A DNA stretch of 64,000 bases, taken from Spirochaetota bacterium (lineage in GTDB: Bacteria; Spirochaetota; UBA12135; COTS27). The notes beneath the pieces were generated by a model. It was given only the letters and a program-made list of their open reading frames with translations. It searched no databases and was not told the origin of the DNA. Positions 25,236-35,335 of this stretch are shown here, in pieces (the first letter of the stretch is position 1; every line of letters begins with the position of its first letter). The stretch is from assembly GCA_013426755.1 (NCBI GenBank), contig AP019861.1, positions 1,254,270 through 1,318,269 on the forward strand, in the 5' to 3' direction. Position numbers and translations under genes: made by a program.

Positions 25236-26789
25236 TTAGATTTTACTTAACATTTTTTCTAATTTCTTAGATTTAAGTTGTTCGTAATCAAGCCCCAATA
25301 ACCGCCGGGTATCCGTATAAAGCATCCTGTTCTCGAAGAACTCATCGATAGCCGCATTTATAAAAGGCCTCCCCCCTAACCTATAAGGCAGCGTAGCCCA
25401 GAAATCGCCACCACCTTTCTGGCTTGTTGTTCTTTCTTTTTTATTAGAGGTCACTTTCCAGCTCCTATTAAAGTCCTCTTTTTCTATCAGGCCGGTAAGA
25501 TAGGCGCGTATAAGAACAACTTGAAAACTAATTTTGTATCTGTTAACTATCTTTTTACAGATCTCTTCATAATCATGACTGTCATGACCACCACTAAAAA
25601 GCTCCCAATCTCTCCTGATGATTTCATCAGGTAGTAAAACTTTTCCAGCAATACGATTACATCGCTTTTCTTGAGAAAAATTCTCTTTTGAGATCGAAGT
25701 GTCTACATCGATCATATCCACTAGTCCAGAATGTCTTAACTGCAGGTGCGCTAGTTCATGGGCAAGCGTAAAAATCTGAGCCTGCTTTGATAGAGCACCA
25801 TTGATAAATATAAGTGGAGCGTGTGTATCGTATAACGCAAAACCACAAAATTCCTCGACATTTAAGGGTCGGCGAGTATTATTCCCCACACAACCATTAC
25901 GCATAACCATAATGTCTCTGATAACAACCGTTTCAATAAGATTTTTGATTTTTTTATCAGAATCCAGATAATCATCTTTTTTATCTAAATCTAAAAATTC
26001 ACGAATATCGTTTGCTATCAGATCATCATCAGCTTCCTTTAAATCCTTATCAAATCCTGCTAATCCACTAAACTTCCTATACCCATTACCAAGTTTATAG
26101 TCGCGATACCATCTCTGCTTACTTCTAGCGTCTCTTATAACATCGAGCAGCGCAGGCGTAGGTGTCCTAATTATTTTATTACCATAAGTTCTAAAATCTG
26201 TAATCGGTAGCTTGATGTCCTCCTCAGTCAGTTTCCTATCAATAAAAAGATAACCGAATCCAATGTGAAATTTCTTTGCTAATCCCTCGAGTTGCTTCCA
26301 AGTAGGCGGAAGCGACCGTTTATTTTCCCAATTTTCATAGTTCTTATGAATCTTATGAAGTTTTTGCTTTAACTCTGACTGCCAGTAGTTCTCTTCTTCA
26401 TTATCATATTTTTTTTGTTGCTCTTTGGTTAAGTAACTCCATTTCTCATAGACCCATCGCTTTCTAGCCCATCGCAGATTATATGTATTGATCCAAAAAA
26501 CAGTTGACTTTATTTTAGACAGTTTCTTTTTGATAAGAAAATAGCCTAGTGCAACATTAAACTTTTCTGCCAATTCCTCGAGTTGGTTTTCAGTAGGAAT
26601 TAACTCGCCCTTTTCCCAATCTTTATACTTCTCATGAAGTTCTGGCTCCAATACGGACTGCCAGTAGGTCTCTTTTTTATTATCATAGTTACCCTTTTTT
26701 GCCTTAACTAAGCACCGCCACCGCATATCAATCCACCGTTCCCTAGCCCACCGCAGATTATCTCTATTAATATAAGTAGTCGTCATCAT
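25236..26789 (-). CDS. ImmA/IrrE-family (COG2856) zinc metallopeptidase with a duplicated N-terminal XRE-like module
   Basis: 517-aa ORF. The HExxH zinc motif lies in FTLAHELAHLQLRH, preceded by the typical DFR...ALLDVIRDAR..QRWYRDY segment. The N-terminus has two ~95-aa copies of a module (NLRWAR.RW ... W...P....QLE.LA.KF....GY.FI..KL) resembling the HTH part of XRE-ImmA fusions. It is upstream of, and co-oriented with, the PIN-like gene (50-bp gap). Confidence 0.75.
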   Translation of the reverse strand: MMTTTYINRDNLRWARERWIDMRWRCLVKAKKGNYDNKKETYWQSVLEPELHEKYKDWEKGELIPTENQLEELAEKFNVALGYFLIKKKLSKIKSTVFWINTYNLRWARKRWVYEKWSYLTKEQQKKYDNEEENYWQSELKQKLHKIHKNYENWENKRSLPPTWKQLEGLAKKFHIGFGYLFIDRKLTEEDIKLPITDFRTYGNKIIRTPTPALLDVIRDARSKQRWYRDYKLGNGYRKFSGLAGFDKDLKEADDDLIANDIREFLDLDKKDDYLDSDKKIKNLIETVVIRDIMVMRNGCVGNNTRRPLNVEEFCGFALYDTHAPLIFINGALSKQAQIFTLAHELAHLQLRHSGLVDMIDVDTSISKENFSQEKRCNRIAGKVLLPDEIIRRDWELFSGGHDSHDYEEICKKIVNRYKISFQVVLIRAYLTGLIEKEDFNRSWKVTSNKKERTTSQKGGGDFWATLPYRLGGRPFINAAIDEFFENRMLYTDTRRLLGLDYEQLKSKKLEKMLSKI

Positions 26790-26888
26790 TGTTACTTCCA
26801 GATATAGCTATTTTCTTAGAAATTCCCTAACCTATTTAAAGTATCGCTAATTTAACACTTCGCTTAAAATTCTTTACTACTCTCAATG

Positions 26889-26957
26889 TATTATATAATC
26901 TTATACAGATTATTATATAATCTTATACAAATTATTGTATAATTTTATACGAATTAT
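26889..26957. repeat. 22-bp direct repeat x3 in the divergent ImmA / rsmA promoter region
   Basis: The copies are tattatataatcttatacagat, tattatataatcttatacaaat and tattgtataattttatacgaat, lying 100-170 bp upstream of the ImmA start. Confidence 0.85.
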
Positions 26958-27011
26958 TCTACTAAAAATCTCATTTAAAACAAATGGGTAACACTGTAAC
27001 ATTGAAAGAAA

Positions 27012-28160
27012 TTGTTAGCATTGAAAGACATTGTTTTTAAAGACCTCACCAGTCCGCGTGAGCTGCAGCACGTTCTCACCAACCACCCAAAATCAATCAA
27101 AAAATCACTCGGACAACATTATCTCATTGATAAAAATATTGTCAGAAAGATAACAGCACTCATTGAGACCACAACCTCCATCGCCAAAGCCTCCACGCAA
27201 GCAACTCAGATCATTGAAATCGGAGCTGGGCTCGGCACACTCACCGCTTCCTTGCTTTCTACTTCTACTCAAAGTCGTATCATTGCCATCGAAGTAGAAC
27301 AAACCTCCGCCCACCTCCTAAAAAATAACATCAATCCTAACACCGTAAGTATAGTCTCTACACCTAAAGACCTAAGAACGGCGCCCCCACCCGCTCTCAT
27401 GATCATAACAGCAGATGTCTTTGCTTACCCCTGGCCTACCCTCTTACAAGCTCTCGCAGGTCATAAAATAACTTTTGTTGGAAACCTTCCCTACCGCATA
27501 GCTACGCGGCTAATTATTTATCTACTCGAAAATTACGCATTCCTTACCTATGACATGGTCTTTATGGTCCAGCGCGAAGTTGCCCAGAAACTCACAGCAA
27601 CACCCTCATTTTCTCCCCCTCCCAGTCAATCTACACTTAATAAAGCCACACAAAATAGCACACCTAAAAAAACACCCACCACCCATTCTACCGCCAGAGG
27701 AACATACGGCGTAGCCACCCTCCTTATCACCTGGCACGCCACCGTGCGTTGTCATTTCTCTGTTTCGCCCAATTCATTTTATCCTAAACCTAAGATAACC
27801 AGTCAAATAATTAGCATCAAACCCAAACCAGACCTAACTACCCAAACCGTCTCAATAACTTCAATAGACCCAACGACCACGCATCAAGTACCACAAAAAC
27901 AATTATACCCACTCTTCAAACAGATCATCAAAACGGCATTCTCAAAACGGAGAAAAACTATTCAAAATGCCCTACACACAATCGAACCCGATAAAAAACT
28001 GCTCACACAACGTCTGCTCACAGCAAACATTGACCCCAAGTCTCGCCCAGAACAACTCTCTCTCGCTGCTTACACCCACCTAGCCACACTCTTTTACTCC
28101 CCCACGGAGCCCAAGCATGCCCAGACCCACTCATCATCCCCCATCTCCTATCCTCCCTAA
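27012..28160 (+). CDS. rsmA: 16S rRNA (adenine1518/1519-N6)-dimethyltransferase RsmA/KsgA with a low-complexity insertion and C-terminal extension
   Basis: The motifs KKSLGQHYLIDKNIV, IIEIGAGLGTLT (SAM site), GNLPYRIATRLI and MVQREVAQKL are present in the canonical order. At 382 aa it is longer than the usual ~270 aa, owing to a P/S/T-rich insert (TATPSFSPPPSQSTLNKATQNSTPKKTPTTHST) and a tail. The start is an apparent TTG, because no in-frame ATG lies upstream of the first motif. Confidence 0.85.
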   Translation: MLALKDIVFKDLTSPRELQHVLTNHPKSIKKSLGQHYLIDKNIVRKITALIETTTSIAKASTQATQIIEIGAGLGTLTASLLSTSTQSRIIAIEVEQTSAHLLKNNINPNTVSIVSTPKDLRTAPPPALMIITADVFAYPWPTLLQALAGHKITFVGNLPYRIATRLIIYLLENYAFLTYDMVFMVQREVAQKLTATPSFSPPPSQSTLNKATQNSTPKKTPTTHSTARGTYGVATLLITWHATVRCHFSVSPNSFYPKPKITSQIISIKPKPDLTTQTVSITSIDPTTTHQVPQKQLYPLFKQIIKTAFSKRRKTIQNALHTIEPDKKLLTQRLLTANIDPKSRPEQLSLAAYTHLATLFYSPTEPKHAQTHSSSPISYPP

Positions 28161-28237
28161 ATCACTACAGCACGACCTAGCGAAAATTTGAATTGTAGAA
28201 AGATTGAAATAATAGGTAGTGTCGTTACTATTGTTAT

Positions 28238-29629
28238 TTAGAGCATTTTAGCGGGATCAACCCACGTATCGAACTGCTCTTCACTCACATACCCCGAGGC
28301 TACAGCAGCACTTCTAAGCGTTGTCTTCTCCTCATGCGCCTTCTTAGCAATGGATGCAGCTTTCTCATAGCCAATATGTGAATTGAGAATGGTCACCAGC
28401 ATTAAGGAATTATTGAGATGGGCACTAATACGCTCATGATTGGCTTCGATGCCTGCCACACAATTTTTTAAGAATGACAGCGCCGCCTCAGCCAGCAGAT
28501 CACAACTCAGTAATATATTAAACGCAATCATTGGCTTAAAGACATTGAGTTCAAAATGCCCCTGCGCCCCCCCGATCGCAACCGCCGTATCAAGACCCAT
28601 CACCTCAGCACACACCATCGTAAGCGCCTCAGCTTGCGTTGGATTGACTTTGCCTGGCATGATTGACGAGCCTGGCTCATTGGCTGGAAGCATCAATTCG
28701 CCTATTCCACAGCGCGGGCCTGAACCAAGCAATCTAATATCATTGCCGATCTTATTAAGGGATACCGCAAGTCGCTTCAAAACACCTGAAACTTCGACTA
28801 ACGCGTCATTGCTAGCGAGTGCTTCAAATTTGTTAGCCGCCGTTTTAAACGGGTAGCCTGTCAAATCCGCTAACTGCTTCGCCACCGCCTGCGCGTAGCC
28901 AGGGGGCGTATTTATGCCCGTTCCCACCGCCGTACCACCGAGCGCCAATTCGCTTATGCCGCCCAGCGCATTTTCAAGTGATCTGATGCCATGCGTGAGC
29001 TGCGCGGCGTAGCCTGAGAATTCATTGCCAAGTGTAAGCGGCGTTGCATCCATAAGATGTGTCCTGCCAATTTTTATCACATCTTTAAATGCCTCACTCT
29101 TAGCCGTAAGCTCATCACGGAGCGCCTTTATCCCAGGTATCACTTTGCGAATAATTTTATCGTAGACTGCAATATGCATCGCTGTTGGAAATGTGTCATT
29201 CGAGGACTGCGAACAATTGACGTCATCGTTGGGATGAATCTGCTTTTCTTCATCCGTAAGACGACCCCCCATAAGGACGTGCGAACGATTGGCGATCACT
29301 TCATTGACATTCATGTTCGTTTGCGTTCCTGACCCTGTTTGAAAGACTTTCAATGGGAAATGATCGTCTAATTTCCCTGCAATCACTTCCTCAGCCGCAC
29401 GGACAATAGTATCTTTCTTCGCTTCCGCCAGCACACCTAACTTCGCATTTGTCAGAGCCGCCGCCTTTTTAAGGTAGCCAAACGCATAGATAAGTTCAAT
29501 GGGCATCTTCATGCGATCGCCACCGATTGTAAAATTGCGGAGCGACCGCTCCGTCTGAGCACCCCAATACTTCTCGCTAGGCACTTCTACAACGCCCAGA
29601 CTATCACGCTCTTTTCGGTATTCTATCAT
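28238..29629 (-). CDS. fumC: Class II fumarate hydratase
   Basis: 463 aa. The fumarate-lyase signature is [13 protein letters not shown]. The motifs [17 protein letters not shown] and the N-terminal [21 protein letters not shown] match FumC rather than AspA. Confidence 0.95.
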   Translation of the reverse strand: MIEYRKERDSLGVVEVPSEKYWGAQTERSLRNFTIGGDRMKMPIELIYAFGYLKKAAALTNAKLGVLAEAKKDTIVRAAEEVIAGKLDDHFPLKVFQTGSGTQTNMNVNEVIANRSHVLMGGRLTDEEKQIHPNDDVNCSQSSNDTFPTAMHIAVYDKIIRKVIPGIKALRDELTAKSEAFKDVIKIGRTHLMDATPLTLGNEFSGYAAQLTHGIRSLENALGGISELALGGTAVGTGINTPPGYAQAVAKQLADLTGYPFKTAANKFEALASNDALVEVSGVLKRLAVSLNKIGNDIRLLGSGPRCGIGELMLPANEPGSSIMPGKVNPTQAEALTMVCAEVMGLDTAVAIGGAQGHFELNVFKPMIAFNILLSCDLLAEAALSFLKNCVAGIEANHERISAHLNNSLMLVTILNSHIGYEKAASIAKKAHEEKTTLRSAAVASGYVSEEQFDTWVDPAKML

Positions 29630-29746
29630 TCTTTTTATAACGGATTGCTATTCTTAATAGTTCTGCAAAAATATATTAAAGGTATTAAGGTCGTATATTA
29701 AACTTGTGCCTATCCTATCCTAGCTTTGTAGATTGAACTCGGATAT

Positions 29747-31033
29747 TTACCTGAGCGGGGGACACGTACTCTCACTTGCGTACTGTCGTTCAGGATGGAT
29801 CACGCTAGTAAGACGCGGATCACAACCACGGCTAAAACTCCACGTCGCAGGTGAGCTCTCCCACCCAGGAAATGCTGAACCATTTCTAAGAGAAGTCGAA
29901 TCTACGTCTGTCACACCCACAAGTGAAGTACTTGTACCCGTTGCAGCCGTTTGCCCCGTCCGTATCCTATCCCAATAAGAACCGCTAATAGTAGGTGTAC
30001 CCGCAATGACTCTGCCAATAAATCCACCTTCATTGGTATCGCCAAACACCATTCCTATTGTATAAGCATTCGTAATGCTAGCGCTAGCATCACTTACAGC
30101 CCCTACGAGCCCACCGGCATTTATTCGTGATGAAGAGACGAGACCTGTCGCATAGGCCGAGCGAATCGTACCACTTAAAAATCCCACTAACCCGCCTACG
30201 TTTGTTCCTGAACCTGAGGCTACCCCCGTTGCATAAGAACTTGAAACCGTTCCACTGAGAGACCCCACTAACCCGCCTACGTCGTTAACCCCTGTTACCA
30301 TGCCGCTACTGTAAGAATTCGTAGCAGTACAGACCCTTTGAAAATTAGAAACATCGACTCCACACGATCCACTAAGCCCGCCTACTCGACTTGCGCCTGT
30401 GACTTCTGCCTCACTGTAAGAATCTTCAATAGCGCCCACCGCCAATCCAACCAATCCGCCTACGTCATTATTTCCTTTAACGCTGCCCGTGACGGAAGTA
30501 TTGATAAGTGCGCCAGCCATGTATCCTGCAACCGCTCCTACATTGTCACCGCTACTGTCAATCCTCACATTGACAAGCGAGCATGCACGGACCACACCGC
30601 CACTTGCTAAATATCCAAACAAACCCGTATAATTACGATCCGTTGTCGTTATCGATAGGTTAGAGATGCTTTTACCATCACAGTCGAATTGTCCGTTAAA
30701 ATAATTAATCGGACTCTCACCCGTTCCGATAGGCGTAAAAGCATTCCCGCCAAGGTCTACATCACCCATCAATTTATAATAATCATCAGAGTAAATACTC
30801 GCCTCCGCTTCGATAAGCATCAACTCTGAAACACGATTTAGATCAGCCGCACTAGTGACCTGCCAGGGCGCAGCCGCCGTTCCCGATCCAGCCAGCCCCG
30901 ATTCTGATTCTTTATTCACTCCACCACAACCTAGCAGCAGAACAGTAAGAGCAGTCATACCGCAACCCATCATTTTAAAGATATTTTTGACTCTATACAT
31001 CAATAGGCTCTTCATCACAAAAATTTTTACCAT
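29747..31033 (-). CDS. GLUG-motif lipoprotein, short form (family member 3)
   Basis: 428 aa. It has a lipobox (LLLGC), the lead-in (APWQVTSAADL...DVDL...FNGQFDCDGKSISNLSI) and about 9 GLUG units (VGGLVG...SYATG). It ends SYWD... Confidence 0.8.
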   Translation of the reverse strand: MVKIFVMKSLLMYRVKNIFKMMGCGMTALTVLLLGCGGVNKESESGLAGSGTAAAPWQVTSAADLNRVSELMLIEAEASIYSDDYYKLMGDVDLGGNAFTPIGTGESPINYFNGQFDCDGKSISNLSITTTDRNYTGLFGYLASGGVVRACSLVNVRIDSSGDNVGAVAGYMAGALINTSVTGSVKGNNDVGGLVGLAVGAIEDSYSEAEVTGASRVGGLSGSCGVDVSNFQRVCTATNSYSSGMVTGVNDVGGLVGSLSGTVSSSYATGVASGSGTNVGGLVGFLSGTIRSAYATGLVSSSRINAGGLVGAVSDASASITNAYTIGMVFGDTNEGGFIGRVIAGTPTISGSYWDRIRTGQTAATGTSTSLVGVTDVDSTSLRNGSAFPGWESSPATWSFSRGCDPRLTSVIHPERQYASESTCPPLR

Positions 31034-31141
31034 TCTATCATTCTAATTACCATTAAATATCAATTGTTCTTCATCGATACAAAAAGTCTAAATAACACAT
31101 TACAGAACACTTCAACAAACAAAACTTAAACAAACAATTAC

Positions 31142-31176
31142 AGAAACACAGAAACCACCACAGAGTCTGTGTTTCT
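31142..31176 (-). terminator. Putative intrinsic terminator hairpin downstream of the GLUG gene 31229-34564
   Basis: A perfect 10-bp stem pairs agaaacacag (31142-31151) with ctgtgtttct (31167-31176), with a 15-nt loop. On the minus-strand transcript it is followed by a T-rich stretch (gtaattgtttgtttaagttttgtttg). The loop is rather long for a classic terminator. Confidence 0.4.
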
Positions 31177-31228
31177 CTTCATTCACTCCTAAGTAAAATC
31201 TAATTGTTAGCAAAGCTACGAGTACGCG

Positions 31229-34200
31229 TTAGCGAAGCTGCGGGTACGCTCCTGATCGCAATTGCCATATCATCGTCGTATCCCATCCTACATAGACAGC
31301 ATCACTTCCACTTGGAATAGGATTAGCCACCTGTAACTGGGCAGTCGTTCTTCCCGTACCCCCATCACTCGCAGTCAAGCCGCTCGTATCCGTATCCCAG
31401 TACGACGCTGTTATCACAGCACCAGGACCAGAGTCATTGCTACCATTAAAACCGCCTACGCTAGCAGTACCACTCACCGCACCCGTTGCGTAAGAATTGC
31501 TGATTGAGAGTATATTGTATCCTACAAACCCCCCTACATTCGTAGCACCACTCACATTACCTGTTGCATAGGAATTGTCGATCACTCCCGTATTGCGACC
31601 CACCAAGCCTCCTACACTCGTATTACCCAAACGCCCCGTCACAGCGCCTGTCGCATAGGACCTCGTGATCGTTCCTCCTGAGAAGTGAACATCCCCTACT
31701 AACCCTCCTACATTGACGCTCCCATTCACATTGCCCGTTGCATAAGAATTTGAGATCGTCATGTTACCACCGTAAGCCGCTTTCCCCACTAAGCCGCCCA
31801 CATCACCCGTTCCTGCCACAGCTCCTGTCGCATAAGTATTTATGAGCTCACCACCACTTCCTAACCCAACGAGTCCTCCAGTAAAATCACGCGCCGTCAC
31901 AACCCCCGTCGCATAAGAATCAGTCACCGTTCCACCTCCTAATTCACCTATTAAACCACCTGCAGCACCAGTCGCTCTAGCCCCCACTGAAACCGCTACC
32001 GTCGCATAAGAATTAGAAATCTCCGTAGTACCACCAGCAACACCCACTAAGCCTCCCGCAATAATCCTAACCGCCATTACCCTTCCATTTTGTGCCGAAG
32101 AGTTTATAACCTTTGAAGTCCCATTTAGAATACCTACCAAACTTCCTGCCCGACCATACCCCGTCACATGAGGACTTATCAAGTGGCAATTACTTATACT
32201 TCCTCCTGTATTGACATGTGCAAACAGTCCTTTGACATTGCCATTGGTCTCTCCAGAGGAAACAGCATTGCTAATAAAAAGATTTGAAATCTCATGATTA
32301 TCACAATTAAAATTTCCACTAAAATTATTCGTATGATTTCTGTTATCAAACTGCGGCAACCCATTGAGTTCGTCCATCGCTAAAAGCGTCGAACCAATCG
32401 GCGTGAACCCATACGCACGCGGATTAGCATGCTGCGAACGATCACTCCACGGTGCCTCAGCTATCCCCAGATCAATTGCTCTAGTCAACTCATAGTGATC
32501 GTCTTTATGGGGACTAGGAAGACTAGTTACGTCATTGATCGTACGGGAAATCAGGTCTAGTTTCATGTCATTGTCGATCTGCCAGGGATTGCCACTCGTT
32601 CCAGCCCCTAAGATAGTCGCTGGATTCCCCGTAGCAACCGGGTCAGTAAGCATGCATTCTTGAATAGTTGGCGTTAGCGTATATATCGTCACATCACCGT
32701 CTGCCTCTGTGATCCTAAGCTCTTGCGCGTCTGTTTTGATATTGTTCGCAGCAACCACTTCATCGAAGTAATGATTGATCGCAGGCGCTGGCGTGCCTAT
32801 CGTATAACCGTGATTCTCACTTCCGCCCACCTTAAACGTAACCTCAGGAGCGTACTCACGACAACTCGCATTCGTCAGACTGAGTGGAAAATAGGCTACA
32901 TAGTTTTCATCCAACGTTCCCGTATGGGGCGTCGGTGTGTTAAAAGCAACTATCGTCCCCGCTACATTGAATATTTCGATAAGCGGCTTAAAGTGAATAT
33001 GCATCGTGTACGTCTCGCTATTGCCTTCGGTCGGCGCTGCGATACTTCCCTCAGCAACCGTTATCGTATAGAGACCGTGATTTAGAACCTCAGCAATCCC
33101 AGTCCCATCTGGATCCGTAATCGCAATAGGTAACGTCGTCGGGCTAGGAGGTGTGACTTGATTGACTTCATAAACATACCCTGCGGGGAGATATTGAACT
33201 GGCGGTGTGGGTGGTTCGGGGGTCGCTTGGTCCTTAAAACTAAACGTGCCTGCCACGCCGTCTATAACATTTGTGAACTTCACTGCAAACGCATTCGCAC
33301 CTGTCTGGAAGATACGCGAGGGAAGCGGATTATTGGCATTGAATGACCCTTCGAACGACGTCGCCGTAATCAGTTCTGCCACAGGAATCCCTTTGAAATG
33401 CGTCACAACGTCCATCAGAAAGGCATTGCCGTCGGCTGGAACTATTGTGAATTGTCCTCTATTCGTCACCGAGATATTCGTAATACCAGGAGGGTCACTG
33501 ATTGTCACCGTACGGGGCATCACCGAGAATGGACGTAGATCATCCTCAATCGTGATGTTCACCTCAGCATTTAAATGCGTGTAGGCATTCGTAAGGTTCG
33601 TGATTGTGACGACACCGTTTGCAATGTCAACGTCAATGTCATTAGGATCGGATTCCTTGCCGTTATAGACAACCGTAATGTCTTTGTTGCCCAGCGCCGA
33701 TGTATCGAAGAATCTAGCGACGACTTCATAGGTTTCACTGTTTCCATTGACCGGGTTGCTCGTATCCGTCCCCTCAGCAATGATGATCTTGCCAATGTTT
33801 GTCGTGATCGCATCAATGCTAGGCGGATCATTGATCACCAATTCACTACTCGTATACCCTTCTGGAAGCTCTATCACCTTAAACAAGCCAGCCGCTCCAT
33901 CGCTGAGATTTGTAAACCCGTTTATGATGATTTTATTTCCTGCATTGTCGACTTCAATCACTCCAGCCTGCGGCGGCGTCGTAGGACTGATCACAAGCGC
34001 ACTCTCACTAGGTCCGTACGTTGCACTAAACAAGTCCGCCGAAATAAGCTCCTTCACCGCCACACCAGAAAAATCAATCAATATATCCATCTCCTGCTCA
34101 CGTCCCTCCGCAGGAACCAGCATAAACGCTTCCAGCAGACTTTGTGATTTACTCGCAATTCCCGTAGGATCATCAAACCCTATCGAGAGTGGAAATGCAT

Positions 34201-34564
34201 TGAACGCAGTAGAACGCTCACTGATTGTTATCTTTCCCTTTGCTTGCAGGTTGTCGTAGACATTCGTAAGCCCTGTGACAATAAGCTTAGTTCTACTTAT
34301 GGTGATGTGTTCTTGCGGTACTTTTTCTTCATTGAACACAACCTCAATATCCGCCGAATTAAACGGTGATTTATCCGGCGGTGGATTCTTCTGCAGTAAC
34401 GCCGTACATCCTCCCATCACTACCACTACAACCGCTCCTAGTAATACTATGGCTAGGTATGATCTTACGGGGAACTTGGGTTGTATAGGGAATTTGGGAA
34501 GGGTCCTTGGAAAAAATTTTAGGGCAACTTTCTTTGAAAATTGCTTCAATAACTCAATATTCAT
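31229..34564 (-). CDS. GLUG-motif surface lipoprotein (family member 4)
   Basis: 1111 aa. It has a lipobox-like VVMGGC. The N-terminal half has repeated ..TGLTN../..ITDPDG..NSETY.. modules related to members 1 and 2. The lead-in is NPWQIDN...AIDL...FSGNFNCDNHEISNLFI, followed by GLUG units, and it ends SYWD...YPQLR. Confidence 0.8.
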   Translation of the reverse strand: MNIELLKQFSKKVALKFFPRTLPKFPIQPKFPVRSYLAIVLLGAVVVVVMGGCTALLQKNPPPDKSPFNSADIEVVFNEEKVPQEHITISRTKLIVTGLTNVYDNLQAKGKITISERSTAFNAFPLSIGFDDPTGIASKSQSLLEAFMLVPAEGREQEMDILIDFSGVAVKELISADLFSATYGPSESALVISPTTPPQAGVIEVDNAGNKIIINGFTNLSDGAAGLFKVIELPEGYTSSELVINDPPSIDAITTNIGKIIIAEGTDTSNPVNGNSETYEVVARFFDTSALGNKDITVVYNGKESDPNDIDVDIANGVVTITNLTNAYTHLNAEVNITIEDDLRPFSVMPRTVTISDPPGITNISVTNRGQFTIVPADGNAFLMDVVTHFKGIPVAELITATSFEGSFNANNPLPSRIFQTGANAFAVKFTNVIDGVAGTFSFKDQATPEPPTPPVQYLPAGYVYEVNQVTPPSPTTLPIAITDPDGTGIAEVLNHGLYTITVAEGSIAAPTEGNSETYTMHIHFKPLIEIFNVAGTIVAFNTPTPHTGTLDENYVAYFPLSLTNASCREYAPEVTFKVGGSENHGYTIGTPAPAINHYFDEVVAANNIKTDAQELRITEADGDVTIYTLTPTIQECMLTDPVATGNPATILGAGTSGNPWQIDNDMKLDLISRTINDVTSLPSPHKDDHYELTRAIDLGIAEAPWSDRSQHANPRAYGFTPIGSTLLAMDELNGLPQFDNRNHTNNFSGNFNCDNHEISNLFISNAVSSGETNGNVKGLFAHVNTGGSISNCHLISPHVTGYGRAGSLVGILNGTSKVINSSAQNGRVMAVRIIAGGLVGVAGGTTEISNSYATVAVSVGARATGAAGGLIGELGGGTVTDSYATGVVTARDFTGGLVGLGSGGELINTYATGAVAGTGDVGGLVGKAAYGGNMTISNSYATGNVNGSVNVGGLVGDVHFSGGTITRSYATGAVTGRLGNTSVGGLVGRNTGVIDNSYATGNVSGATNVGGFVGYNILSISNSYATGAVSGTASVGGFNGSNDSGPGAVITASYWDTDTSGLTASDGGTGRTTAQLQVANPIPSGSDAVYVGWDTTMIWQLRSGAYPQLR

Positions 34565-34574
34565 TTCATATTAC

Positions 34575-34860
34575 CTTTCTTTATTTCATATTGCCTTTGT
34601 TTATTTTTTATTCTCTTTATCTATTTTGTGTTACCTTTGTTTATTTTCTATTCTCTTTATCTATTTTGTGTTACCTTTGTTTATTTTTATTCTCTTTATC
34701 TATTTTGTGTTACCTTTGTTTATTTTTATTCTCTTTATCTATTTTATATTGCCTTTGTTTGTTTTCTACTCTCTTTATCTATTTTATATTGCCCTTGTTT
34801 GCTTTCTTTCTACTCTCTTTATTTATTTTATATTTCCTTTATTTTGTATTGCCTTTAATG
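34575..34860. repeat. Intergenic tandem repeat, 39-42-bp unit x~6.5, abutting the start codon of 31229-34564
   Basis: The marker ctctttatct recurs at 34613, 34653, 34692, 34731 and 34771. The unit is tattctctttatctattttgtgttacctttgtttattt. The array begins about 10 bp from the ATG at 34564. Confidence 0.9.
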
Positions 34861-35005
34861 AGGCATGTTTCTATTGAATACTATTCTGTTAGCTATTTTG
34901 ACCGTTGGTTTTATTATTCCTTGCTATTATCATTGTGAACCGTTGGTTTTATCATTGGAGCATTAAATGTATTGTTATCATAACTCATCATTTCCATTAT
35001 AACCT

Positions 35006-35335
35006 GTTTTCAAGTTCAATACTTTAACTTTGCTACTATTTTTGGATTGAGCGATTTATTTTTAGTGCTATTTTCAAATTGAATACTTTGTTTTTATGAC
35101 TATTTTCAAATTGAATACTTTGTTTTTATGGCTGTTCTTAAATTGAATACTTTATTTTTATGGCTATTTTGAAGTTAAATACTTTGTTTTTATGGCTATT
35201 TTCAAGTTGAATCCTTTGTTTTTATGACTATTTTCAAGTTGAATACTTTATTTTTATGACTATTTTCAAGTTGAATACTTTGTTTTTATGGCTGTTTTTA
35301 AGTTGAATACTTTGTTTTTATGGCTGTTTTACTGC
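35006..35335. repeat. Intergenic tandem repeat, exact 32-bp period x~10
   Basis: gaatac recurs at 35081, 35113, 35145, (35177), 35209, 35241, 35273 and 35305. The unit is ctattttcaagttgaatactttgtttttatgg. Confidence 0.95.

Noticed and set aside
19704-26789. A mobile element, prophage or integron carrying the R-M and ImmA/PIN genes.
   Set aside because: - I found no integrase, transposase, recombinase or tRNA attachment site, and no flanking inverted or direct terminal repeats.
- Only the AT-richness and the gene content suggest foreign origin.
28440-33831. Long antisense ORFs inside fumC and the GLUG genes (28440-28856, 29057-29332, 29733-29978, 30338-30610, 32723-33085, 33207-33584, 33575-34147, 33747-34259 and others).
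   Set aside because: They are nested opposite strongly supported genes. They are typical shadows of the relatively GC-richer, Gly/Ala/Thr-rich coding sequence.
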